The position numbers and the translations under genes were made by a program. From a virus: DNA of 64,000 bases. Of the stretch, positions 37,599 through 47,421 are shown in pieces; positions within the stretch are counted from its first letter, which is position 1, and each line of letters begins with the position of its first letter. The notes under the pieces were generated by a model. That model saw only the letters and a list, made by a program, of their open reading frames with translations. It had not been told where the DNA came from and searched no databases. The stretch covers positions 38,477 through 102,476 of the IMG/VR virus record IMGVR_UViG_3300018036_000004. One strand, 5' to 3'.

Positions 37599-38591
37599 AT
37601 GTATACTAAAATTAATACAGATACAGTTATCTCTTTAGGAGACAACGCACCTAACGCAAAACTACTATGGGGTCATAGTTTTGATGTATTACAAGACCTT
37701 CATATACAGAAAACACAAGTACAGTCTATTATCACAGAACTACCTTCTTACGGTATTGGAGACTCTATGGATGTAGAGTGGCCACAGTGTACTTACAAAG
37801 TGTTTGATAATGTTACTCATACAATACCTAAACAACAAACTACTTTAGGTTTAGAGGATACTGTTGAGGATTACATTGGACACATTGTACAGTTGTTAGA
37901 TAGTGCCCGAGAAGTACTTAAAACTAATGGTACATTATGGTTAGCTTGTAGAGATCGTTATGGTGAGGATAAAAACTTAGGTATGATACCTGCTCGTATT
38001 GCTTTAGCTTTACAGGCTGAAGGTTGGATTCTTCGTAATGACATCATCTGGAAGTGGGATAATCCTAATCCAGAGTCTACTAAGGATAGACTAACAAGAA
38101 CCTATGGTCACATATTTATGTTTGCTCATCCTGATAGTAAAGGGGAATACTTATATAACCAAGATAGTATTAGAGAGGAACATACTTCTAGTTTATCTGA
38201 TAGTTATGTTTCCTATACAGAAGTTGCAGACGGTTTTAGTAAACGACCAGACGCTCACCAAGCCTATCATCCTTTAGGTAGAAATAAAAGGGATGTTTGG
38301 GAAGTGAACTTAGGTGCTTATATGGGTAAGTCTAATAGTCCTTGGCCTTACGAGTTAGTTGTTCCTATGGTATTGGCTTCTAGTAATGAGGGTGATACGG
38401 TTTTGGATTTATTAAGTGGGACAGCACAGACAGGTAAGGCTTGTTTAGATAATAACCGTAACTATATTGGAATAGATAGTAACACACAAGTAAGGTCAGA
38501 GGCCTTAGCCCGTTTACAAGGTATTAAACAATCCCGTAAGGCTAAACAACAATGGGATTCTAATCCTGTTGTAGAGATGTTTGGAGTATAA
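37599..38591 (+). CDS. N6/N4 DNA methyltransferase homologue with degenerate catalytic motifs
   Basis: LGLE...GTLWL...GWILRNDIIW...PESTKDR...GDTVLD...RNYIGID; SPPY replaced by ELPSY. Confidence 0.75.
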   Translation: MYTKINTDTVISLGDNAPNAKLLWGHSFDVLQDLHIQKTQVQSIITELPSYGIGDSMDVEWPQCTYKVFDNVTHTIPKQQTTLGLEDTVEDYIGHIVQLLDSAREVLKTNGTLWLACRDRYGEDKNLGMIPARIALALQAEGWILRNDIIWKWDNPNPESTKDRLTRTYGHIFMFAHPDSKGEYLYNQDSIREEHTSSLSDSYVSYTEVADGFSKRPDAHQAYHPLGRNKRDVWEVNLGAYMGKSNSPWPYELVVPMVLASSNEGDTVLDLLSGTAQTGKACLDNNRNYIGIDSNTQVRSEALARLQGIKQSRKAKQQWDSNPVVEMFGV

Positions 38592-38592
38592 G

Positions 38593-39384
38593 ATGGAAAT
38601 TAAACTGTATGAGCCGAAAGATGTGATACCACAACAACAGATACAAGTTGTTGTGGAACATCCAACCAAACCTGGTGTAATGATTTTAAATCCAAACTTG
38701 GAAGCTAAAATTGTTGAAAGAGTATTTCTAGATGGGGACATACCAGAACTTAGAACAGGTCCTTTACATACTGAAGGAATACCCGCAGTACCTGTGTTAA
38801 CGGATTCCCTTAACTCTTTAGTTGTAGGAGAGATGTTAGAACAGGCTTCTAACTTTGTTAAAAGTGAGTTAGATAATAAGTTGTTAGGCTTTGTAGAAAG
38901 TAATGAGCCTACAGACCTAGTAAAACATCCTGAAGTTTATAACTTACTCGGTATATATAGTGCTGGTACAGAGGTTCCTTTAATGGAAGTACAGCCTAAG
39001 TCTTTGGGAGAGTTAGTTTCTTGTACCGTAGAAAAACAACGGGAATGGGTTTATAAAACTATTTCGACAACACAAGGTCGAAGATCTTTACAGTATCCAA
39101 TTGAACATAGAATGTGGGAAACACTGTTAGGTCTTGGGTATGTAAGAAAGGTGTGTCTTAATCCACAAGAGTTTTATACACATTGGGAAATGACTACTTG
39201 GGGTAGTGAAGATATGCAAGTAGGTTTTAATCCTGCTTCAGTGGCTTGTAATGCTTTATTAAAAGACTTTACGAATAAAGTAGGACCTACAGCCGTACAA
39301 AATATACAAGTAGAGTCTGTTAATATGTATGCCGAAAGAGTTTTCGGTTGGTCTGTAATAATAACTTATTGTGGAGGTGAGTAA
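38593..39384 (+). CDS. hypothetical protein
   Basis: GGAG RBS before ATG 38593. Confidence 0.65.
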   Translation: MEIKLYEPKDVIPQQQIQVVVEHPTKPGVMILNPNLEAKIVERVFLDGDIPELRTGPLHTEGIPAVPVLTDSLNSLVVGEMLEQASNFVKSELDNKLLGFVESNEPTDLVKHPEVYNLLGIYSAGTEVPLMEVQPKSLGELVSCTVEKQREWVYKTISTTQGRRSLQYPIEHRMWETLLGLGYVRKVCLNPQEFYTHWEMTTWGSEDMQVGFNPASVACNALLKDFTNKVGPTAVQNIQVESVNMYAERVFGWSVIITYCGGE

Positions 39385-39665
39385 TGGCAATGGTAAGAGA
39401 TAGAGTTCAGTGGATTGTGGAACAACCCAAAAAAGTAAGTAATGTTGTAATTTTAACTACTAAGTCTGACACACAAGATACTATGAAAGGTTTGTTTTCC
39501 TATAAAGTAGAAAAGACATCGGACATTGGATATATTCAAATCCGTGGTGTTAAGTATTGGGTGTCTTTACTGTGTAGTGACAAGCCTAACTTTGAGTACC
39601 AATCTTATCTATGTGTTAGTTCTATTTCGAAAGAAGAAGAAAAACATTTAAAGAGATGGCTATGA
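39384..39665 (+). CDS. hypothetical protein
   Basis: GGAGG RBS; coupled ORF. Confidence 0.6.
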   Translation: MAMVRDRVQWIVEQPKKVSNVVILTTKSDTQDTMKGLFSYKVEKTSDIGYIQIRGVKYWVSLLCSDKPNFEYQSYLCVSSISKEEEKHLKRWL

Positions 39666-40093
39666 CAAACTTTTATACCTACAAGATAGAGTCTAATATA
39701 CACTTTACTGTTTCTCTTAAAGGAAACGATACTATCGTTCATACTGGAGGTACAAGTTTAGGTAAACTTGTATGTACAGAACAAGAGTTACAAGAGTTAC
39801 AAGACTACTTTGTAGTACTTGGTGTTAAAGTAGAGTTTTTTGAAACACCAAGGTCTGACGAAGAGACATTAAGTATTCAAAAGGAGATGTTAGGAAAAGG
39901 GGATGTTGTTTATCCACATCTGTCTTGTGCGAAGTGTAGTTGGTTTAATCCAGAGATAAAGTCTTTTTGTTGGCTGACGGATTTATCTGTAGAGGGTATT
40001 AACACTCTTATAGAAAAAGATAATTACAAGAAAGATAAGATTAACTGCCCTGTTCCATACCTTTGGGATAATAATCTTTCTATCAAAGGTTAG
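39656..40093 (+). CDS. Cys-containing hypothetical protein
   Basis: CAKC...C...C. Confidence 0.6.
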   Translation: MAMTNFYTYKIESNIHFTVSLKGNDTIVHTGGTSLGKLVCTEQELQELQDYFVVLGVKVEFFETPRSDEETLSIQKEMLGKGDVVYPHLSCAKCSWFNPEIKSFCWLTDLSVEGINTLIEKDNYKKDKINCPVPYLWDNNLSIKG

Positions 40094-40097
40094 AATT

Positions 40098-40391
40098 ATG
40101 ATTTCTGATTATACAGTATTATTAAAACGAGGTTATGAAGACATTATTGTTTATGTAAACAATAATGGTTCTAGGTACCCTTGGACTATTATTAAAAATA
40201 AAGTTGTGGTAGGTCCTGTAAGAAAAAGTACAGTGTATGGTATCCCTGTAAATTCTTTACAGTGGAGAACAGATAAGTATTGGGTGTGTGGGGCCACAAC
40301 AAGTACAGGACAAGGTGTAGAGTTAACGCCTCAAGAATATATGAAAAGTATAAAAGAAGTATATACAAGGGGGCAGTTACATTTTCAATAG
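40098..40391 (+). CDS. hypothetical protein
   Basis: ORF in operon. Confidence 0.55.
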   Translation: MISDYTVLLKRGYEDIIVYVNNNGSRYPWTIIKNKVVVGPVRKSTVYGIPVNSLQWRTDKYWVCGATTSTGQGVELTPQEYMKSIKEVYTRGQLHFQ

Positions 40392-40399
40392 GAGTATTT

Positions 40400-40585
40400 A
40401 TGTCAGGTAGTTTAGAGTTTAAATTGTTATCAAGGATTGATAAAAACGGGAATGAGTACTTAATAGGCTCACCTAATTTCCCAGCTAATGTTAACCTGAA
40501 CGATTTTACAATTATCGTTTTTTATCCTGAAGAAGAAGGTGGTAAAGCCACAATTATTCTTCGACCTAAAGAAGATAAAAAGTAA
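40400..40585 (+). CDS. hypothetical protein
   Basis: AGGAG RBS before ATG 40400. Confidence 0.55.
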   Translation: MSGSLEFKLLSRIDKNGNEYLIGSPNFPANVNLNDFTIIVFYPEEEGGKATIILRPKEDKK

Positions 40586-40605
40586 GACCACTAAATGTAA
40601 CACAT

Positions 40606-40637
40606 AAAGGGTAGTTCACTTAGAACTACCCTTTTTT
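40606..40637. terminator. terminator between convergent genes
   Basis: AAAGGGTAGTTC / GAACTACCCTTTTTT. Confidence 0.8.
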
Positions 40638-40643
40638 GTTTTG

Positions 40644-41954
40644 TTATAATCTGTTAGCTGCAACCTCTGCTAATTCAGATCTAACACCTTGAGTAAAGAA
40701 TACTGTTCCAAAGATACTCTCCCCTAACATTCTTTGACTTACATAAGTAAGACCATTAGAGTGCTTGTCTAGGAATGGGCTATCTACTTGATACGGGTCA
40801 CCCAATAAAACTACCTTAGTGTTTTCACCGGCTCTTGTAACAATAGTTTTAATCTCATGTGTTGTTAGGTTTTGGGCTTCGTCTATTACTATAAAAGAGT
40901 TGTCTAAAGAACGACCCCTAATAGAGTTAAGAGGTTGTACTACAACAGCCTCCGTATCTAGTAAGTACTTCCAGTTAGGTTCTTTCTTTTTACCTGTTCC
41001 TACAAAACTTTTAGTAGGCATAATCTTAGATAGATTGTCATAGTAACTAGCCATCCAAGGTTGTAATTTTTCGTCCAAGTCACCTGGTAAGAATCCAATA
41101 GAGTTGCCCATGTCTATAATAGGCTTCGCTAATATAATTTGTTCGTATTGAGTATGTAGTTGAGACAACGCGGCAGCTAAAGTTAAAAATGTTTTACCCG
41201 TACCAGCCTTACCTACAAGAGTTATAAGTTGGACTGTAGAATCTGTTAATAGATCCAAAGCCATTCTTTGTTCCAAGTTACGAGCCTCAACACCTACATT
41301 AAACTCTTTATCCACCGGTATAACTTGGCCGTACTTATTTCTACATAGAATGTTTTTACCCATCCACTCAGAAATATAAAACTGATTGTAAATAGGTTCT
41401 GGTACTAACTCTATAGGTTGAATGTTAGTTGTAGGGTTGTAGGCTTCCTTTAGAATAGGGTCCTCTCCTAAGTGTGTGTAACCTGGGTACAAGTCTGCAA
41501 CATCAACTTTGTCTGTTTCGTAGTCTTCCGCTACTAATCCTTGACCTTGACATAAGAGTCTAAGGTTAAGATCTTTAGAGACTAGTACTACATGTTCGTA
41601 TTGCTTTTTCATTTCTAAAGCACATTCCATAATCCACAGATCCATCTTTCTAGGATTAGTGGTAGACTGTAAAGCCTTAATACCAATGTCTGAAGTTGTG
41701 CCTATAACTTTCACATTAATGTCTTCTTCTTGTAGGTAAACTCCTTTTTGTAAATCTTGGTCACCTTGAATGTCTTGTATATTTCTACTTGCCTCCCTAG
41801 ACTTAAAACTAACATTAGTTTTCTTTCTTTCTTTTAAGTCATCCAGTTCTATGATTACAAAGATTGGGAGAGCAACATCATTGCCTTTAAAGTTTGTAAT
41901 ACATTCTGGATCATGAATAAGTACAGATGTGTCTAATACATATAGTTTTCTCAT
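40644..41954 (-). CDS. phoH: PhoH-family ATPase with N-terminal PIN domain
   Basis: YVLDTSVLIHDP; GKAGTGKT; GFLPGD; IRGRSL; IDEAQN; GDPYQVD. Confidence 0.9.
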   Translation of the reverse strand: MRKLYVLDTSVLIHDPECITNFKGNDVALPIFVIIELDDLKERKKTNVSFKSREASRNIQDIQGDQDLQKGVYLQEEDINVKVIGTTSDIGIKALQSTTNPRKMDLWIMECALEMKKQYEHVVLVSKDLNLRLLCQGQGLVAEDYETDKVDVADLYPGYTHLGEDPILKEAYNPTTNIQPIELVPEPIYNQFYISEWMGKNILCRNKYGQVIPVDKEFNVGVEARNLEQRMALDLLTDSTVQLITLVGKAGTGKTFLTLAAALSQLHTQYEQIILAKPIIDMGNSIGFLPGDLDEKLQPWMASYYDNLSKIMPTKSFVGTGKKKEPNWKYLLDTEAVVVQPLNSIRGRSLDNSFIVIDEAQNLTTHEIKTIVTRAGENTKVVLLGDPYQVDSPFLDKHSNGLTYVSQRMLGESIFGTVFFTQGVRSELAEVAANRL

Positions 41955-42270
41955 TAAGTACCTCCTAGTACATAAACCACACAAGATAGAAAAGAAACTA
42001 AGTTCTGTGTGTATAATTAAGTGTTTATTTGGAGTGTGAAAGTGAAAAACATAAAAATATTTTTATACTTGTGTTTAGCAGTGTTTACTTTAAGACTGAG
42101 TGTGAACACTTATAGATGGTATTGTTTAAATAGGGATTGTACAGATTATTCCTCTAAAACAGAAAGAGAGTGTGAAAGAACCAAAAGATACTTGAGATAT
42201 AGTATACGCAAGGCTAATAAATGATGGTGTTTAAGTTTAATGTGTGTATTTTTATTTATGGGGGTGACCT

Positions 42271-43158
42271 GTGAATATAAAAAGTACATTGTTCTGGTCT
42301 CATTTAAAAATGTATGAAGACTGTCCTCAAAGGTTTCTTTGGACAAAAGGTTGGGATGGTATTGATGTAGGTGCTGGAGAGGGTAAACCAAAACCAGTTA
42401 CTAAACCTACAAGTAGACATGCTGCTATTATGGGTATTGCTATTCATCACGCTATTGAGTTGTTTTATAATGATGAGATTTATCGTAACGGAAAAGGTGT
42501 TACAGATTTACTTTGTACACTAGCCACAGAAAAGTTTAACACTTTATGTGAAAAGTCTTTTATAGACTATGAGGAAGCCAAGTTAACTAAACAACAGATG
42601 TTAGACTTAGTTATTAATGGTGTTAAAGGGTTTGTACAGACTTGTAAACACAATAAATTACTAGGTACATATTCCAAGTCCGAAGTAAAAATGATAGCGT
42701 GGATTGACCAGTATAACAGTATTGGTGGGATTGTAGACATTGTTGTTCGAAGAGAAGACTGTGGTACTTTACTGTTAGATGGTAAGAACAGTCGTATAAA
42801 AGAAAAGGTAGACGAGGATCAATTACACTTCTATGCTCTAGTGTATAGATACTCTTATAGAAAGATGCCGGACAAGTTAGGGTTCGTTTGGTTTAGGTAT
42901 CCGTATGTAGAAAATACACAAGACACAGGTATTACTTGGGTAGATGTTAGTCAACAAAAGTTGGACGAGTTAATTACAAGGGTACAAACGGCTAAGAAAA
43001 GTATGTATAAGAAGAAGTTTAAAGCCAAACCTAGTAGAGATGCTTGTATCTTTTGTAATTATAAAGATCAATGTTCTGAATACCAAGAAGGTGAGCAGTT
43101 AGTAGAGGGTATTAAAAAAGTACCAAAGAATAATGGTTTTGGAGATTTCTCCCTATAA
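42271..43158 (+). CDS. Cas4-like/RecB-family PD-(D/E)xK nuclease
   Basis: YEDCP...GIAIH...GIVD...DGK...QLxFY...CIFCNYKDQC (four-Cys Fe-S pattern). Confidence 0.8.
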   Translation: MNIKSTLFWSHLKMYEDCPQRFLWTKGWDGIDVGAGEGKPKPVTKPTSRHAAIMGIAIHHAIELFYNDEIYRNGKGVTDLLCTLATEKFNTLCEKSFIDYEEAKLTKQQMLDLVINGVKGFVQTCKHNKLLGTYSKSEVKMIAWIDQYNSIGGIVDIVVRREDCGTLLLDGKNSRIKEKVDEDQLHFYALVYRYSYRKMPDKLGFVWFRYPYVENTQDTGITWVDVSQQKLDELITRVQTAKKSMYKKKFKAKPSRDACIFCNYKDQCSEYQEGEQLVEGIKKVPKNNGFGDFSL

Positions 43159-43200
43159 CCTAAAACCTTAAAATAGTATATACAACATAAGGAGGTAGGT

Positions 43201-43464
43201 ATGACTACGGAAGACCGGTTAAACAAAGCCATTAAGTTAAGAGAAACTTTATCCTCAGACTTACAAAGAATGTTAGGAAAGAAACAAGCCGCAGAACAGT
43301 CTTTATTAAAAGTCGAACAAGAGATAAGAGACGCTAACTTAGATCCCAACACTTTACAAGAAACTTTAACAAAGTTACAACAAGCCCTTGAACAAACATT
43401 AAGTGAGTTCGAGGCTCAACTCAATCTAGTACAGGATAAAATGTCCTTATATACGGAGAAATAA
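43201..43464 (+). CDS. coiled-coil protein
   Basis: AGGAGG RBS; heptad-rich. Confidence 0.65.
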   Translation: MTTEDRLNKAIKLRETLSSDLQRMLGKKQAAEQSLLKVEQEIRDANLDPNTLQETLTKLQQALEQTLSEFEAQLNLVQDKMSLYTEK

Positions 43465-44597
43465 TGAAAATTGAAGTCGCAAGAAATGATTTAGAGTTCT
43501 CTCTAAATACTACCAGAACAGCTGTAGGTAACGGTACAGACATTACATCACACTACCTGTTTCGTGTACATAATAATAAAGTAGAAGTTCTTTCCCAGAA
43601 CTTAAGAGTGTTTAGTGGTGCTCCAATTATTTGTACCTTTGAAGGTGAAGAGGGCGATGCTTTTACAGTGGAATCTTGGCGTTTAGATAAGTGGTTGTCC
43701 GGTGCTTCAGATGGTGTGTTAACACTTACTTATAATGGTGGTGGGGATGTACAAGCCAAGTCCGGTCGTTCCTCTATTCGTTTAAGATCTTTAGATCCTA
43801 GTAAGTTTCCTTTTTGGGATAAGTTAATGTCTACGGCTACTACTGTTGGAAATATTGCCCCTGAAAAGATTACAAGGGCTTTAAATCTTACTAAGAACTT
43901 TGTTAGTACAGACGACACACTTAAACCAGAATTGTGTCAAGTAGAATCTATTGATGGTACATTTTGGGCTACAGATAGAAAAGGTGTGTGTAGTGCAAAA
44001 GTTCCTATGGGTGACTTGAACATTCGTATTCCTGCTAAAGACATTACTCCAGTAACAAAGTTCTTGGGTAATGAGGATTCTGTTGAAGTGTTAACATCTA
44101 CTCGTGAAGATGATAGTGGTTCTTGTGTATTGTTTAAGAAGGAAACAGGTCACTACTTAGGTGTTACTAAGCCTGTTACACAGTTTCCGACCTTGGCTTT
44201 AGATCCAGATAAAGTGCCAGATTGTACAGTTAGTTTGGATATGGACGAGTTAACAGCAGGTTTGGCTGTCTTGTCGGCTTCTGCTCCTAAAGGTCATGAG
44301 AGTGTTACTTTCCGTTGGGATAGTGAGAATCAAAAGGTGGTTTTGTCAATGCCAAGTGTTGCCGGTGGCAATGATGAGTACCCTCTAAGTTTGGCTGGAC
44401 TTACAGTACATAGTAAAGAGTTCGAAACTTTTACTATCGACTATCCGTACTTGAAAGGTATTGTTAACGCTTTTGGTTTAGATAAAATTGATCTTGGTGT
44501 TAATAGTATGGGTCGAGCAGGTTTTACATCTTTTAAGTATGAAGAAGAAGTAGAAGAAGGAAACTCATACTACGCTGTAATTGTATGGAGAACTTAA
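43464..44597 (+). CDS. dnaN: DNA polymerase III beta sliding clamp
   Basis: 377 aa; MKIEV start, DPSKFP, FWATD, QFP, IDYPYL, C-terminal AVIV pattern. Confidence 0.7.
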   Translation: MKIEVARNDLEFSLNTTRTAVGNGTDITSHYLFRVHNNKVEVLSQNLRVFSGAPIICTFEGEEGDAFTVESWRLDKWLSGASDGVLTLTYNGGGDVQAKSGRSSIRLRSLDPSKFPFWDKLMSTATTVGNIAPEKITRALNLTKNFVSTDDTLKPELCQVESIDGTFWATDRKGVCSAKVPMGDLNIRIPAKDITPVTKFLGNEDSVEVLTSTREDDSGSCVLFKKETGHYLGVTKPVTQFPTLALDPDKVPDCTVSLDMDELTAGLAVLSASAPKGHESVTFRWDSENQKVVLSMPSVAGGNDEYPLSLAGLTVHSKEFETFTIDYPYLKGIVNAFGLDKIDLGVNSMGRAGFTSFKYEEEVEEGNSYYAVIVWRT

Positions 44598-45254
44598 TTG
44601 TCTACTTATGATCAATTAATGTTTGTGTATAAGGGCTTAAGGGAGGATTACATCCGAACAAAAGCCCTTATTGATACACATAAAAAACAACATGAAGAGT
44701 TGTTGGAACAAGTTTTAGATCTAAAACATCGAACAGATATATTAGATAAAACTTGTTCTGTTCTTCGTGGTTTAATTGACCATGAAATGGTAGCCAATAT
44801 AACAACAGCGGAAACATTATTAACAGAAGGATTACAACATATCTTTGACGACTTAAATCTAAGTGTACGAGCGGACACTAGTATACAAAGAGGTAAAGTG
44901 TCTGTAGACTTTGTAACAGTACAAGAACATACTACTGGCATGATAACAGAAGGTAGTTCTATGGATGTTTATGGTGGTTCTGTATCTACAGTACAATCCA
45001 CTCTACTAAGGATTGTTGTACTAACAAGAAGAAGTTTACGACCTTTATTGTTATTGGATGAAAGTTTATCGGCAGTGGCTGAAAGGTATGTTCCAAGAGT
45101 AGGAAACTTTTTAAGAACACTGTCAGAAAAGTTAAACTTAGACATTCTAGTGGTAACACATAATCCAACATTAGTAGAGCAAGCGGATGTTGCTTATAGG
45201 ATTAAAAAAATAAAAGGTTCGGCTACTTTCACAAAAATAGGGCGTTCACAATGA
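44598..45254 (+). CDS. SbcC/Rad50-like ATPase, C-terminal half only
   Basis: Coiled coil, then YGGS signature, Walker B LLLLDE, H-loop VVTH. Confidence 0.75.
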   Translation: MSTYDQLMFVYKGLREDYIRTKALIDTHKKQHEELLEQVLDLKHRTDILDKTCSVLRGLIDHEMVANITTAETLLTEGLQHIFDDLNLSVRADTSIQRGKVSVDFVTVQEHTTGMITEGSSMDVYGGSVSTVQSTLLRIVVLTRRSLRPLLLLDESLSAVAERYVPRVGNFLRTLSEKLNLDILVVTHNPTLVEQADVAYRIKKIKGSATFTKIGRSQ

Positions 45255-45667
45255 AAACCGATGGTGAAATAAAACAACGATTAAAACAAATTCGTTTCCG
45301 AACTATTAAAAAAGAAATTGAAAACCTACTTAAAAGAACCGCTTCTAACTGTAGGTTTAACTACTTATTAAAACCACAAGGACAAGACACTACTCAGTTA
45401 TGTGATATGTTAGAAGGTGGTGTTTATATTTGTAAGTGTCCAGATTACAATACACATATATGTGATACTCGTTTTTCTCAAGAGGACCCGGCTGTAAAAT
45501 GTCCTTACTTTGACACTAGACACAACAAGGACTTAATTAAACAATCTTTATCTGGTTTCTTTGACAATGCCCCCGTAGAAGAAATCTTAGTAAGATTTCC
45601 ACAGATAGCTACCCTGTTATGGGTGTTACAAGAAGACGATGTAAAACCTACAACAGAAGAAGACTAA
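45251..45667 (+). CDS. Cys-rich hypothetical protein
   Basis: ATGA overlap; six Cys. Confidence 0.6.
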   Translation: MKTDGEIKQRLKQIRFRTIKKEIENLLKRTASNCRFNYLLKPQGQDTTQLCDMLEGGVYICKCPDYNTHICDTRFSQEDPAVKCPYFDTRHNKDLIKQSLSGFFDNAPVEEILVRFPQIATLLWVLQEDDVKPTTEED

Positions 45668-46179
45668 TGTTATTACAAGTTATTCAAATGAAGACACCCC
45701 AACCTCCTATTATGTTTGAATGCGGTGTGGATCAACAATTAGATGGACCTTACTTAGTTAGTTCGACGAAAGACTTTATATGGGTAAACAGACAGTTCCC
45801 AGGTAATCTATTAAGAGCCGCTACTAGGCAAGGGTCTATAAACGAGTTGTTTATGGACATTGTTTTTAAGTGTAAAGAAATGTCCCTACAATCCCAATGG
45901 GGTTCTTGTTTGGAATATAACAACACTAATATACAGGATCGTTTACAACAGGTACAAGAGTACTTTAACTACTTTGGTTTTACAGAGTTTGATGTTTATA
46001 CAAACGAAACAGTAAACGATGTTAACAGTACCCTAGTAAGTTGGGTACCTGAAAAGTATATAGTTGTGACACCCAAGGATAAAACATACTTAGGCACTGT
46101 TTATAACTTTAACTCAAACTTAAATGGTGTAGTTGTACATAATCCTTCTAGGGGTATTTGTATCTTATATCCAGAGTAA
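45667..46179 (+). CDS. hypothetical protein
   Basis: TAATG coupling. Confidence 0.6.
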   Translation: MLLQVIQMKTPQPPIMFECGVDQQLDGPYLVSSTKDFIWVNRQFPGNLLRAATRQGSINELFMDIVFKCKEMSLQSQWGSCLEYNNTNIQDRLQQVQEYFNYFGFTEFDVYTNETVNDVNSTLVSWVPEKYIVVTPKDKTYLGTVYNFNSNLNGVVVHNPSRGICILYPE

Positions 46180-46182
46180 TAC

Positions 46183-46893
46183 ATGAGAGAGTGGTTGTTA
46201 AACGCTATTAAGGATTTAACCTTACCGGAAGAAGCTTTAGGTTATGTTTTAGGTAGAGGTTTACCTTATACACTTGTACAGGAACTAAAAATAGGTGTGT
46301 GGAAAACACAAACGGAAAGAGCCCCAGACTCGGACTTTCATACTAATGGTGTGATGGGTCATCGTTTACATGGTATGTTGTGTATTCCTATCTACTCTCC
46401 TAGAGGTGTGTTAATAGGCTGTGAGTTTCGTAATATGGAAGAGAAACTTGTTCGTAAGTATTACTTACCTGATGTTAAGTGGAATCCAGCTTTTGTAGGT
46501 ATGTGTCCTAGTGTGTTTGAAGGAATTTGTAAGGGTTATGATGTGTGGTTGGTAGAAGGTGTGTTTGATCTAAGTATCCTAAAAGCCTTACCTAAAAATC
46601 ATGTGTGTCTAGCGATGGGTGGTGCTAGAGTAACTCCTACACAAGTAAAGTTCTTACAAAGGTTTATACGACCTAAGGCTACTGTACATATATGTTTTGA
46701 TATGGATGAAACAGGTAGAAAGTTAAGTGCTGGATATAAAAATGATCAGGGAAAACTAATTTGGGGTCTAAAACAGAAACTGGATACAGTACATATAAAC
46801 ACTAGGTTGGTTACTTACTTTGGAGGTAAAGATCCTGGTGAAATATGGGAAAGTGGTGGAACACTAGCCCTTAAAAAATCCTTTAACTTATAA
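46183..46893 (+). CDS. DnaG-type primase catalytic (TOPRIM) core lacking the Zn-binding domain
   Basis: YVLGRGL, IPIYS, LVEGVFD, FDMDETGR, GKDPGE. Confidence 0.8.
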   Translation: MREWLLNAIKDLTLPEEALGYVLGRGLPYTLVQELKIGVWKTQTERAPDSDFHTNGVMGHRLHGMLCIPIYSPRGVLIGCEFRNMEEKLVRKYYLPDVKWNPAFVGMCPSVFEGICKGYDVWLVEGVFDLSILKALPKNHVCLAMGGARVTPTQVKFLQRFIRPKATVHICFDMDETGRKLSAGYKNDQGKLIWGLKQKLDTVHINTRLVTYFGGKDPGEIWESGGTLALKKSFNL

Positions 46894-46910
46894 TCTTTGG
46901 AGATTAAAAA

Positions 46911-47369
46911 ATGTCTGCTACTATTTGGAAAGCACGAGAAGAAATTGTGTCTGATGTACACACCCTAATTCATAATAATCACCCACACTTATCTTACTTG
47001 GTAGATGAGATCTGTGTAGTGTTTCGGGAAAAGGCTACTATGTCTGGTGGTCAAACAGTCTTTGGTAAAGTAACTAAATGTTCTGACTTGATTAACGCTA
47101 TGTCTGGTACAGATTACCAGTTGATTATGGAGTTGGCTGCAGATACTTGGACTAACGACTTAGATACACACGCACAAGAAGCATTGTTGGACAGTTTGTT
47201 GTGTTCTATTCATGTAGAAGAGAATCCTAAAACTGGTGACATGAAAATTAAAATCTTGAAGCCAGACATTATGGCACATCGTTCTAACATTGAGAAATAT
47301 GGTATGTGGATGCCTAAACAAGAAGACTTGGACTTAGATAACTTAGAGGAAGTTGAAGAACAAGGTTAA
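46911..47369 (+). CDS. phage metallopeptidase-like protein with degenerate HExxH
   Basis: VFGKV...W...QEALLDSLLCSI...IxxPD pattern. Confidence 0.55.
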   Translation: MSATIWKAREEIVSDVHTLIHNNHPHLSYLVDEICVVFREKATMSGGQTVFGKVTKCSDLINAMSGTDYQLIMELAADTWTNDLDTHAQEALLDSLLCSIHVEENPKTGDMKIKILKPDIMAHRSNIEKYGMWMPKQEDLDLDNLEEVEEQG

Positions 47370-47370
47370 T

Positions 47371-47384
47371 AATAGGTTGTTTAT
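47371..47384 (+). promoter_or_regulatory. class-2 (putative late) promoter motif AATA-NN-TTGTTTAT, representative copy
   Basis: Repeated upstream of virion and leader genes (see findings). Confidence 0.65.
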
Positions 47385-47392
47385 CTTGTATT

Positions 47393-47421
47393 AAAAGGAG
47401 AGTGATACACTCTCCTTTTTT
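47393..47421 (+). terminator. terminator-like hairpin immediately downstream of the class-2 promoter motif
   Basis: AAAAGGAGAGTG-ATA-CACTCTCCTTTTTT. Confidence 0.7.

Noticed and set aside
38593-39384. Capsid-protein paralogue (TTQGRRSLQYPI segment)
   Set aside because: The resemblance is limited to one short stretch and is not supportable without a profile search.
40606-40637. IS200/IS605 end (GGTAGTTCAC)
   Set aside because: It is explained by a terminator hairpin between convergent genes; no TnpA, TnpB or IscB ORF is nearby.
42271-43158. CRISPR-Cas system around the Cas4-like nuclease
   Set aside because: No cas1/cas2 and no repeat-spacer array was seen; stand-alone Cas4-like nucleases are common in phages.
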